64,000 nucleotides of DNA from an uncultured Methanoregulaceae archaeon. GTDB taxonomy: Archaea; Halobacteriota; Methanomicrobia; Methanomicrobiales; Methanospirillaceae. Below the pieces are notes generated by a model that had not been told where the DNA came from, did no database searches, and saw only the letters and a list, made by a program, of their open reading frames with translations. Within the stretch, counting starts at the first letter, position 1; every line of letters starts with the position of its first letter. Positions 31,126 to 40,100 of this stretch are shown here, one piece after another. The position numbers and the translations under genes are program-made. The DNA lies in the NCBI GenBank assembly GCA_963841015.1, contig CAWJAX010000003.1, positions 736,001 to 800,000 of the forward strand. The letters run 5' to 3'.

Positions 31126-31473
31126 TCAGAGTGCAGCGATAAGCCGTTCCTTATTCTTCTTTAATTCGTATCTGATTCTTCCAATGTTGGCGGTAGTATC
31201 TGCAACTATGGCGATCAGTTCATCGGCGGAAAGCGGGGAGAGAATGATGGGGCCTTTCTCAAGTTCAACGAGCATTTGGGATAGTTCGCCTTTTCCCAGC
31301 GTAATTCCCATCGCTTCAGAGGTTCCAAGACCAGTTGAAGCCATAGCACCCAGTGCTTCAATATCCACTTTACCGGAAACCGCACTTTCAATTACAAATC
31401 CATCTCTTCCTATCACGACCGCAGCTGATACCCCTTCAATTTTGAGAAATTCCTCTAATAATGGCTTCAGCAT
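31126..31473 (-). CDS. Roadblock/LC7 (MglB-like) domain protein
   Basis: IEGVSAAVVIGRDGFVIES...GELSQMLVELEKG...ANIGRIRYEL. Confidence 0.92.
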   Translation of the reverse strand: MLKPLLEEFLKIEGVSAAVVIGRDGFVIESAVSGKVDIEALGAMASTGLGTSEAMGITLGKGELSQMLVELEKGPIILSPLSADELIAIVADTTANIGRIRYELKKNKERLIAAL

Positions 31474-31716
31474 TCACTTTTCCTCAGATAAATGTTTCTC
31501 TCTTGTTTTTTTTCTATTAAAATGTTGGTCTTTCTTTTTCTTTTAACAGGAAAGAGAGATAATTGCACAAAAATGAAAAAAAAAAGCTTTTTTTCCGATC
31601 TCATAATGCGGAACCCTCCGATTTCTTTGAATATCAGAGTATTTTATAATCGCGCACTTTCTATCAATCAGTAACAAAGGAAACTATATTGTAGGATATC
31701 GCAACAATACAACATA

Positions 31717-32484
31717 ATGCAACTCCCGAGGGGAACATTCCTCAACATTAAAAGGAGCACAAAGGTTGGGGATCTTCTTGCTGAACTCCAGGACATGAAA
31801 TTCAGCGGGATCTGTAGTATCTCTTCTGGGCAGGCCATCGGGACAGTTGTTTTTAAATCCGGAAAACGCATTCTCGCGCAGTACAAGGATATTATCGGCG
31901 ATGCTGCATCGGAAGAACTACAAAAAATTATGGGGGAGAAAGTGGATGCTTCTCTTTCCACGCTTAACGAAGCTCAGATTCAGCTGGCCCTTGAATTCAA
32001 TAAAACATGCCTGATTATTAAAGGCGGAAAAGCAGAAAATATTTCACCCCATGAAATCCCTGTACCCATTCAGCATACGATAAAAAAATCCGTTCTGACT
32101 CCACCAAAACAGGGACAGATATTAACGAGTAAAACCCCCGAGAAACCAGGTCTACCACAAACAACCACCGCAAAGAAACCAGTTACCGTCGAACCAGTGC
32201 GTGCTTCAGAGCTACCAAAGATAATCAGTGACGCACATCTGAAAAAAGCAGCCCATAACCCACTGGCAGCAATCCAGCAAAAATCACAGGTTTATCCCCA
32301 AATATCGGAGGAAAAAAAATCTGAAGATACGGCCTTTCTCCAGGAAGATTCAGATGCCAGCAGCTTTGAAAAGGATATTGAGACCTTTGAGACCATGGAT
32401 GTAGATAGCATCACCAACAAAATCCGCGGTGAATGTAAGACCTTAATCAAACAACTTCACCTTGAACATCTGACAGAGGACTAA
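31717..32484 (+). CDS. DUF2226-like protein with Pro/Thr/Lys linker and helical C-terminus
   Basis: Starts MQLPRGT; FSGICSI..G.VVFKSGK..LAQY; QIQLALEFN; low-complexity middle. Confidence 0.65.
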   Translation: MQLPRGTFLNIKRSTKVGDLLAELQDMKFSGICSISSGQAIGTVVFKSGKRILAQYKDIIGDAASEELQKIMGEKVDASLSTLNEAQIQLALEFNKTCLIIKGGKAENISPHEIPVPIQHTIKKSVLTPPKQGQILTSKTPEKPGLPQTTTAKKPVTVEPVRASELPKIISDAHLKKAAHNPLAAIQQKSQVYPQISEEKKSEDTAFLQEDSDASSFEKDIETFETMDVDSITNKIRGECKTLIKQLHLEHLTED

Positions 32485-32785
32485 TAAGGATAAGCAGGGG
32501 AGTGATATTCAAGGGGATTGTTGCAGCCCTGAACAGACAATACTAAAATTTTACGAGATCAGACATCGATTTACCAGGTATCTTGCAAAGAACCATAAAA
32601 ATTTCGGGCTGTTTTCTGGAGTGTACCTGATATAAAATTCAAAATCCGGTATCAAAGGTTTTTTTTAAAAGAGAATCGCAACAGTTACACAAGCAATAAT
32701 AATCTTGTGAGTTTAGTTGAATAATCAGAAAAATTGGGTAATCTTATATAAATCAAATAGAAATATTCACACAACAGGGTGTTCA

Positions 32786-33574
32786 ATGGTTAAGGTTTAC
32801 ACAATCGCATCCGGAAAAGGTGGGACGGGAAAGACAACCGTTTCTGTTAATCTCGGAACGATGCTTGCCCAACTCGGAAAAGAGACCTTTCTTATGGATG
32901 CTGATATCGGTATGGCAAATGTTGGACTGCTCCTCGGTCTGCAGGATGCACCGGTCACCCTCCATGAAGTTCTTGCTGGAAAGGCCAATGTCAATGATGC
33001 TATTTATGAGTGCCCGGCGGGATTAAAAGTGATTCCAGCGGGCATCTCCCTCCAGGGTTTCCAGGCTGCAGATCCGGAAAAGATCCGCGATGTCATGAAT
33101 GAGATTGTCACACGGTGCGACTTTTTGTTGATTGACGCCCCTGCCGGGATCAGCAAGGATGGTATCGTCCCTCTTGCTGTTGCCGATGAAGTTATCCTTG
33201 TCGTAAATCCTGAACTCTCGTCTATCGTTGACGCCCTCAAGACACGGATCCTGACAGAACTCGTCGGGGGTCACGTATTAGGCTCAATTATAAATCGCGT
33301 CGATCTGGAAAAACCAGAGACCATGATAAAAAAGATGGAGAAAGTGCTCGGGGTAAAGGTAATCGGAATTATCCCCGAAGATCCCAATGTCCGTCGTGCA
33401 GGTTCTGCAAGAACTCCCCTCGTGATCAAGTATCCGACATCCCCTGCATCTAAAGCTTTTCGCCGAATTGGTTCTTCCCTTATTGGTGTTGCTTACAAAG
33501 ATGATGGGGCCGGGGAGCAGAAAGAAAAATTCATTGAAAGATTTACCAAAGCCCTTTTTTCAAAAAAATCATAA
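32786..33574 (+). CDS. minD: Archaeal MinD-family ATPase
   Basis: Deviant Walker A SGKGGTGKTT, DADIGMAN, IDAPAG and IPED motifs; C-terminal amphipathic KFIERFTKALF. Confidence 0.93.
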   Translation: MVKVYTIASGKGGTGKTTVSVNLGTMLAQLGKETFLMDADIGMANVGLLLGLQDAPVTLHEVLAGKANVNDAIYECPAGLKVIPAGISLQGFQAADPEKIRDVMNEIVTRCDFLLIDAPAGISKDGIVPLAVADEVILVVNPELSSIVDALKTRILTELVGGHVLGSIINRVDLEKPETMIKKMEKVLGVKVIGIIPEDPNVRRAGSARTPLVIKYPTSPASKAFRRIGSSLIGVAYKDDGAGEQKEKFIERFTKALFSKKS

Positions 33575-33840
33575 ATGCAGCAGAGATTTAACGATTTCTG
33601 CTCATTAATTTTTACTGTTTTTCTCATGCAAAAACAGGAGACTTTGGAGGATTAGGGGCCAATAGACCATTCCTGATTCATGACAGATTCCTTCCCCCGT
33701 TTGGTGACCTTTGATTAAAAAAAAGCTGAAAAATATGCACCCGGATGTGCATGAAAACCTGCGCGAGGTTAATTCTTTAGCAGCATCACAGGAAGAATTG
33801 AAGAAAAAATGGAATATGTCCAGGTACATTCACAGAAGGT

Positions 33841-35025
33841 TTATTCAGGTTTATTGGTTATGGTGAAAACACAATATTCGTCACCTTTTGACCGGCACTT
33901 AACTTCACGACCCTGCACCTTTATTCCAAACGATCCTTCAACTATCCCTGCAAGGAGACCTGCTGTACAGTAACAGACATTTTTTCCGGTATTCCCAAAA
34001 GCTTCTGATTCAATAGTATGTTCAAGGGTGATGGTTTTTTCTTTCTTTGCTTCGTTCCATTCCATACTGATGATCTTGAACCAGCCCATCTGGGAAAAAA
34101 ATGCAAACGCCATATCAGAGAGGAGGTTTGGCCTGGTTATTCCCATTTTCTTATAGTGCTCAACATTTTCCCTGCCCATATCCATATAGGCACGATAGTT
34201 GACTCCACCGGCAGGCATCTCACCCATGGTCTTTTTTAATGAATTCATCATGGAGGTGAAGATAAAACGTGGCATAATAACGACTGGATCATCAATCAGC
34301 TTGATCCTTCCTTCAAGAGGTTTATGCTCGAAATATTCCGTAATGGCGGAATCACCTTTAACGATAGCCTCTGCCTTCCATTTCCAGCTGGATTCCCGTT
34401 GATCGGCAACAAATTCACAAAAATCATCACCGTTTGCATGGCACTTTATTTCGATGCAGAACCAGTTCTTACCCGTTACAGCGATCAGGACCCCCTCAAT
34501 CCACCCTCTGTGGATACCACAGACTGGCATCTTCCAGTCCTTAAGAACGTCAGATTCAAAGGTTTGTTTGGTCCGAAGTACAATCCTTGTATCGCTGGAT
34601 TCAACGAGTTCAAAAGGAGCACCCCAGCCCTGCTGGTGCTGGAGCTGGAAAACCAGCATAAGAAATTCTGCGGGTGTGAGATCCATACCAAACTTTTTTA
34701 GCAGGTTATTTAGTCCTACCGAACCCTTACCAACGGAGTGGAAGAGCTTGCGAACCGCCTGTACTGCAAGTTTTTTATCGAGATTTGCTTCATACATCTC
34801 GTAGATGGCTTTCACGAGATAGTTCGGGTTGCTTGCTGTTTTTACTCCAAAAACCGAATACGAACCGGCTAGAGGGTCCATCTCGATATACGGGGCGATA
34901 CTTTTCTCCCCTTTGATGAGCGCCTCGAAGTCTTCACGTCCGATCTTCATGGATGACAAATCTGTTATTATCTGATTAAAGGATTTCGTCTTTTTTTTAT
35001 AAAAAATTCTGTCATGAATGGCCAA
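33841..35025 (-). CDS. Protein with two V4R domains
   Basis: GWG...PVCGIHRGWIEG...EIKCHANGDDFCEF and MGW...CYCTAGLLAG...EVKCRSKGDEYCVF. Confidence 0.85.
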   Translation of the reverse strand: MAIHDRIFYKKKTKSFNQIITDLSSMKIGREDFEALIKGEKSIAPYIEMDPLAGSYSVFGVKTASNPNYLVKAIYEMYEANLDKKLAVQAVRKLFHSVGKGSVGLNNLLKKFGMDLTPAEFLMLVFQLQHQQGWGAPFELVESSDTRIVLRTKQTFESDVLKDWKMPVCGIHRGWIEGVLIAVTGKNWFCIEIKCHANGDDFCEFVADQRESSWKWKAEAIVKGDSAITEYFEHKPLEGRIKLIDDPVVIMPRFIFTSMMNSLKKTMGEMPAGGVNYRAYMDMGRENVEHYKKMGITRPNLLSDMAFAFFSQMGWFKIISMEWNEAKKEKTITLEHTIESEAFGNTGKNVCYCTAGLLAGIVEGSFGIKVQGREVKCRSKGDEYCVFTITNKPE

Positions 35026-35054
35026 TTCAAAAAGGAAGAAAGGATTGAAGTGAA

Positions 35055-36029
35055 TTAAATTTCCAGGAGATTTTTTGCATTAAGATCCAGCAGAATTTTT
35101 GGGTGTGATACATCAAACGATATATAAAACGTGGTAATATTCTGGGAGCGATCCATGACAATGCAACTGTATTTCCCATGTGCCAATTTAAAACTGACAG
35201 TTCCTTCATCTGTGGTTATATCGTTGCCATAAATTCTGCCCTCACTACGGATTGATACACTGAGACCATTTTGAGGAATGGAGTCTCTTTTTATGGTAAG
35301 CGTGAGAACTCCCATACCTTCACTTTTTTTACCGATCTCCGGTATCAAAGACGGAAGGCTCTTTTTCAGGTGCATCTTTTCAAAAATACGCGACCCCATG
35401 ACTACAGCATCAACAATATCCGGTTTCACATCATAGAACTCGAATTTTTCGTTTCCTGAAATCATCATTACCGCTTTATCACTGTACAGAGATCCCTTAT
35501 CATCGATGTAGATAGCACCTTCAGCCTCACCATCGATAAATGCAAGATAATTTTCCCTTTCGTTTACTTTTGCCACAGCTATCCCGTTGGATCTTCGTGA
35601 TGAGGTTACATCGAACAGTTCATGAAGGGTAAATATTCCGATGTATTTTGAGCCTTTTACGATATTATCCAGCAGATCATGAATCACACTGGGGATGCTC
35701 TTTTTTAAGTGTGTCTTTTCAAAAATCCGGCACCGCATGACAATAGTCTCAATAATATCCGGTGTTATTTCATAGAACTCGAATTGTTCGTGACCGGAGA
35801 TCATCTTCGCTGCCTTATCACTGTATTCTGTTCCCTTGTCATCGATATAGATAGCGCCTTCGGCTTCACCGGCAAGAAAAGCAAGATAATATTCCCTTCC
35901 GTTCTCTTTTGCTACCGCAATTCCGTTGAAACCCCGGGATGAGGCAAACTGGAAGAGTTCATGAAGGGTAAAAGTCCCCAGATGCTTTGAGCCCTTGTGG
36001 ATATTTTTTATCAGATCCTGTATTTTCAT
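35055..36029 (-). CDS. Hypothetical protein: tandemly duplicated ~113-aa DUF2226-like domain plus C-terminal beta-sandwich (carboxypeptidase-regulatory/prealbumin-like)
   Basis: Two copies of KGSK..G.FTLHELF...NGIAVAK...YLAF..GEAEGAIYIDDKG..YSDKA; C-terminal TTDEGTVSFKL..GKY. Confidence 0.75.
   Translation of the reverse strand: MKIQDLIKNIHKGSKHLGTFTLHELFQFASSRGFNGIAVAKENGREYYLAFLAGEAEGAIYIDDKGTEYSDKAAKMISGHEQFEFYEITPDIIETIVMRCRIFEKTHLKKSIPSVIHDLLDNIVKGSKYIGIFTLHELFDVTSSRRSNGIAVAKVNERENYLAFIDGEAEGAIYIDDKGSLYSDKAVMMISGNEKFEFYDVKPDIVDAVVMGSRIFEKMHLKKSLPSLIPEIGKKSEGMGVLTLTIKRDSIPQNGLSVSIRSEGRIYGNDITTDEGTVSFKLAHGKYSCIVMDRSQNITTFYISFDVSHPKILLDLNAKNLLEI
35343..36020. repeat. Intragenic tandem duplication, 339-bp period
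   Basis: GTTCATGAAGGGTA at 35618 and 35957; TTTGAGCC at 35647 and 35986. Confidence 0.92.
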
Positions 36030-36204
36030 CAAAACTCATCTCAATGGGAGTACTACCTGCCAAGAAAATTACACGAACTTTTTCCCTAGATATATGGTTG
36101 AGTTATTTGCAACATGTGTATTTTACATTTGCGGAACTATCTTTTCTTTTTCGCACACTATCGCCATGCATAAGTGTTCATAAAAAAAATGATATTTTTG
36201 ATTT

Positions 36205-37396
36205 ATGGAAATACTCTACCCAATGGTTATTTCAGCGGTGGCGGTAATTGCCACCCTGATTTATGCATCATATCTCGATTTAAAGGACCGTCGGGTTCCG
36301 TTTATTTACTGGTTACCGATGCTCGGAGTGGGCATTATCTGTACCGGGTACCTCCTGTGGCAGACAACGGCAAACCTCAGCCTGATTCTCGGCTACCTTT
36401 CCCTTGTCGCAAGTTTTCTCTTTGTGGACTACCTTGATAACCGGGGCAGGACAGACTCCCCGGGTCTCACGTTTTATTACAAAAAGAACTCAATTTTTTA
36501 TTATCTTGCCCTTGTCTTGATCCTCCCGGTTTTGTCATGGTTTGTCCTTGCACCATCCATCAATAACCAGCTGATCCCGTGGTACGCGATGTTTGCCGGT
36601 ATTTTTTCCTATATTTCGTATGGGGAATACAAGGGGATTTCTGATGAAAATACCCGGCAAAAACACCGGAAAAAGGAGCCGAATATCTCAGAGTCTTTCA
36701 ACCGTTGGTATTTCGTACCGGTTGTGATGATATTTGCGATAACAGCTGTAATCATGCTCATCAGTCCGGATGGCTGGGGAACTCAATCTTTCGTAATTCT
36801 GCTCATGGCAGTCTTTTCCGGGATTTTCTATATTTTTGCACGAATGCACCTGTTCGGAGGTGCCGACGCATGGGCGCTGATATTTATCTCATTCTGCCTG
36901 CCAACGTTCCCGTTCACACCACTTCTCGGTAACCCGCCACTTGGATTCCTGTCCTTCTCGGTTCTTATCAATGCCCTGCTCCTGAACCTAGCGGCACCGA
37001 TCGGAATCTTCATAACAAATATTATCCGGAAAAACCGGGCTCCGCTGATGTATATGTTCTTTGGTTTCCCGGTAAAAGGCGAAAAAATACAGAATGAATG
37101 GGGTTTTGTGATGGAGGATTTTGAAGAGAGTAAAGGAATCGTCAGCAGGAAATTTGTCGGCTTTTGGGATTCCATAAAGCGTATGTACAGCGGTGAAGGC
37201 AGGATATACACAAAGGATCTTCGGGAGCATCCTGAAGATTACCAAAAAGAACTGTCGCTCTACAGGAAAGCAGGAACCGTATGGATTTCATATGCTGTAC
37301 CATTCATCATCCCCATTACAGACCGGTTTGATTATTGCAATCATCTTTGGTGATCTTCTCTTCGCATTTATGGAAATAATTGCAGGAGCGATATAA
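36205..37396 (+). CDS. A24 prepilin/prearchaellin peptidase (PibD/FlaK-like), frameshift near 37321
   Basis: [11 protein letters not shown] and FGGAD catalytic aspartates; [14 protein letters not shown] continues as [11 protein letters not shown] in another frame. Confidence 0.9.
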
Positions 37397-37397
37397 G

Positions 37398-37766
37398 ATG
37401 CTTAACCTGAAATTTGTGGACGGCCTGATTCCGGTCATAGTACAGGATACAAAAAATCGTGAAGTGCTGATGATGGCATATGCAAATGATGAAGCCATCC
37501 GTCTCACAAAAGCGACCGGATATGCCCATTACTACAGCCGAAGCAGGAAAAAACTCTGGAAAAAAGGCGAAGAGAGCGGGCACTTCCAGAAGGTAGTTAC
37601 TATCCTTACCGATTGCGATGAGGATTGTCTTATTTACCTCGTTGAGCAACAGGGTGCTGCCTGCCACACGGGATATGTCTCCTGCTTCTACCGGACACTT
37701 GACGGTACGGTAGTTGGAATAAAAGGGTTTGACCCGGAAAAAGTATACGGAAAAAAGGGAAACTGA
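37398..37766 (+). CDS. hisI: Phosphoribosyl-AMP cyclohydrolase
   Basis: [20 protein letters not shown] and ACHTG..SCF motifs. Confidence 0.96.
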   Translation: MLNLKFVDGLIPVIVQDTKNREVLMMAYANDEAIRLTKATGYAHYYSRSRKKLWKKGEESGHFQKVVTILTDCDEDCLIYLVEQQGAACHTGYVSCFYRTLDGTVVGIKGFDPEKVYGKKGN

Positions 37767-37869
37767 TTCTTTTTATAAGTAAATTCCGTACTCACTTCAG
37801 GAAAAATCTCCATATTTCTTGTTTTAATTTTCTGACTTTGGCACGGGAAGCAAAAACGGGGAGATGCCT

Positions 37870-38091
37870 TTAGCAGACATGAATGATTTGTACCGGGCAG
37901 AGATCCGCGGCTTCCTGTGCACAACAACCGAGATACTCCGGTACAATCCCTTCTGACCGATCGCCATTGAACCGGTAGTTATCGATAACTTCCGAGTATG
38001 AATCACAGGGATTCTGGCTAAACAGTTCAGGGCAGATATTCCAGCATGCCCCACAGCTGACACATGCTCCGCGATCAATAGAGACGTTCAT
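37870..38091 (-). CDS. Single-cluster ferredoxin
   Basis: CVSCGACWNICP...AADLCPVQII; start taken at MNVSID. Confidence 0.88.
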   Translation of the reverse strand: MNVSIDRGACVSCGACWNICPELFSQNPCDSYSEVIDNYRFNGDRSEGIVPEYLGCCAQEAADLCPVQIIHVC

Positions 38092-38375
38092 CGGGAAATT
38101 CCGTTCAATGGTAAAGACACCTTGGAGATATTGGGATAAAGGAGTTTGTAACGATTTTTTTAAGGAACAGGAGAAACACTTACTGCAAATCTCAAAAACA
38201 AGGTGGGGTAAAGGGAATGGGATTATACCCTTTATATAGATAACAGGGATAACCATTTTCGGGTTCTCATCATGAATAAGTTGTTTAATCAATGGTTTAC
38301 ACTTGTTTTTTTGGTGGGACACGATACTACGAAATTCTCATCTACTATGTGATTGCATGTTTTTATGAGAGAAGC

Positions 38376-38975
38376 ATGGAAAGTCACCGAGTACAGGATA
38401 TGATGCGGCTGATGGCATCAAACATCCGGGCAATCGCTAATACAATTTCAGACAAAGATGTCGAAAAATTTATTGCAGAACTGCTCAAAGCAAAGCGTGT
38501 CTACGTAATGGGGGCGGGACGATCCGGACTTGTTGCAAAAGCATTTGCCATGCGACTCATGCATCTTGGGTTACAGGCATTTGTTGTCGGGGAAACGATC
38601 ACCCCCTCGTTGAATAAAGGGGATATCATGGTTGTCTTCTCAGGTTCTGGCCGAACCAAGACCGTTGCCGATATTGCGGAAACAGCAAAAGAGATTGGCG
38701 CGAAAATCTGCCTGATAACTTCAAATGCCGAATCGAGAATCGGAAAGATATCAGATTGCATCGTGATTATCAAACATCACCGGGACAAGGTGGGGGATGA
38801 TGCCGTTGAATTTGAAATTCGTCAGATGATGGGGGATCACAAGTCGTTTGCACCGCTGGGCACTCTCTTTGAAACAACTTCGATGATCTTTGCCGATGCA
38901 GTTATTTCCCGGCTGATGGAGATCACCCAGGTCGATGAGATTGCATTAAAGAAGCGTCATACAAATATCGAATAG
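38376..38975 (+). CDS. hxlB: 6-phospho-3-hexuloisomerase
   Basis: GAGRSG, FAMRLMHLG, SGSGRT, APLGTLFE and RHTNIE motifs. Confidence 0.94.
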   Translation: MESHRVQDMMRLMASNIRAIANTISDKDVEKFIAELLKAKRVYVMGAGRSGLVAKAFAMRLMHLGLQAFVVGETITPSLNKGDIMVVFSGSGRTKTVADIAETAKEIGAKICLITSNAESRIGKISDCIVIIKHHRDKVGDDAVEFEIRQMMGDHKSFAPLGTLFETTSMIFADAVISRLMEITQVDEIALKKRHTNIE

Positions 38976-38992
38976 ATGAGGAGGACGATGAT

Positions 38993-40099
38993 ATGAAATT
39001 GAGATTTGCTGAACGGGTACAAAGTATTGAAATATCCGGGATCAGGAAAATATTTGAAGCTGCGGGTCCTGATTCAATCAATCTGGGTCTTGGACAGCCG
39101 GATTTTGATACCCCGCAACACATAAAGGATGCAGCGATTGAAGCGATTTTAGAGGGGAAAACCGGCTATACAAACAATACAGGAATTCCTGAACTACGGA
39201 GTGCAATCTGTAAAAAATTAAAAAAAGAGAACGGCCTCTCCTATGATACGGATCAACTGATTGTAACTGCAGGTGCAAGTGAAGCACTCCACATCGTAAT
39301 GCAGGCGCTGGTTGGTGAAGGGGACCGGGTCCTCTGCCCGGACCCGGGATTTGTCTCGTATGCTGCTCTTGCCACCCTTGCGGGGGGGCGCCCGGTAAGT
39401 GTCCCACTCATCCCGAACCTTCATGTAGATGTGGAGAGGGCAAAAGCACTTATGGACGGTGCACGGATCATTGTCCTGAATTCCCCGGCCAATCCTACCG
39501 GTGCTGTTGAAAATAAAGATTCTGTCAGGGCGCTTGTTGAATATGCAGATGATGCAGGAGTCACGGTAGTTTCCGATGAAGTGTATGAACATTTCATCTA
39601 TGGTAAACAGCACTGGAGTGCCGCCCTTTTTGGGGAAAATGTGATTACTATTAATGCAACAAGCAAGACCTATGCGATGACCGGCTGGCGGTTGGGATAT
39701 CTCGCAGCTCCTGCAGAGATAGTGGCACAGTGCGTGAAGGTACACCAGTATTGCCAGGCATGTGCTACCTCGATTTCCCAGTATGCGGCTCTTGCAGCAT
39801 ATGAAGGGGATCAGAGCCCGGTCACCATGATGTGCGACGAATACAAGATGCGGCGGGATCTCTTCTGCAAAGGACTGGCAGATTTGGGATTTTCATTCCC
39901 GGTTCCTGAAGGTGCATTCTATGCATTTGTACCGATGAAACCAGATCTCATTCGGAGAATTATCGAAAATGGCATTATTATTGTCCCGGGAACAGCGTTT
40001 GGCGTAAATTCCCCGGAATATGCCCGTTTCAGTTACGCAACTTCCCGGCAAAACCTGAACCGGGCTCTTGACAGGATACAAAAAGTAATGAGTGAGTAA
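38993..40099 (+). CDS. PLP-dependent aminotransferase class I/II
   Basis: GQPDF, NSPANPTG, DEVYE and SKTYAMTGWRLG motifs. Confidence 0.95.
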   Translation: MKLRFAERVQSIEISGIRKIFEAAGPDSINLGLGQPDFDTPQHIKDAAIEAILEGKTGYTNNTGIPELRSAICKKLKKENGLSYDTDQLIVTAGASEALHIVMQALVGEGDRVLCPDPGFVSYAALATLAGGRPVSVPLIPNLHVDVERAKALMDGARIIVLNSPANPTGAVENKDSVRALVEYADDAGVTVVSDEVYEHFIYGKQHWSAALFGENVITINATSKTYAMTGWRLGYLAAPAEIVAQCVKVHQYCQACATSISQYAALAAYEGDQSPVTMMCDEYKMRRDLFCKGLADLGFSFPVPEGAFYAFVPMKPDLIRRIIENGIIIVPGTAFGVNSPEYARFSYATSRQNLNRALDRIQKVMSE

Positions 40100-40100
40100 T

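Noticed and set aside
21081-33574. ParAB partition system from the ParB-like and MinD genes
   Set aside because: The genes are 11 kb apart, the ParB-like protein has CBS domains and no HTH, and the ATPase is MinD-type
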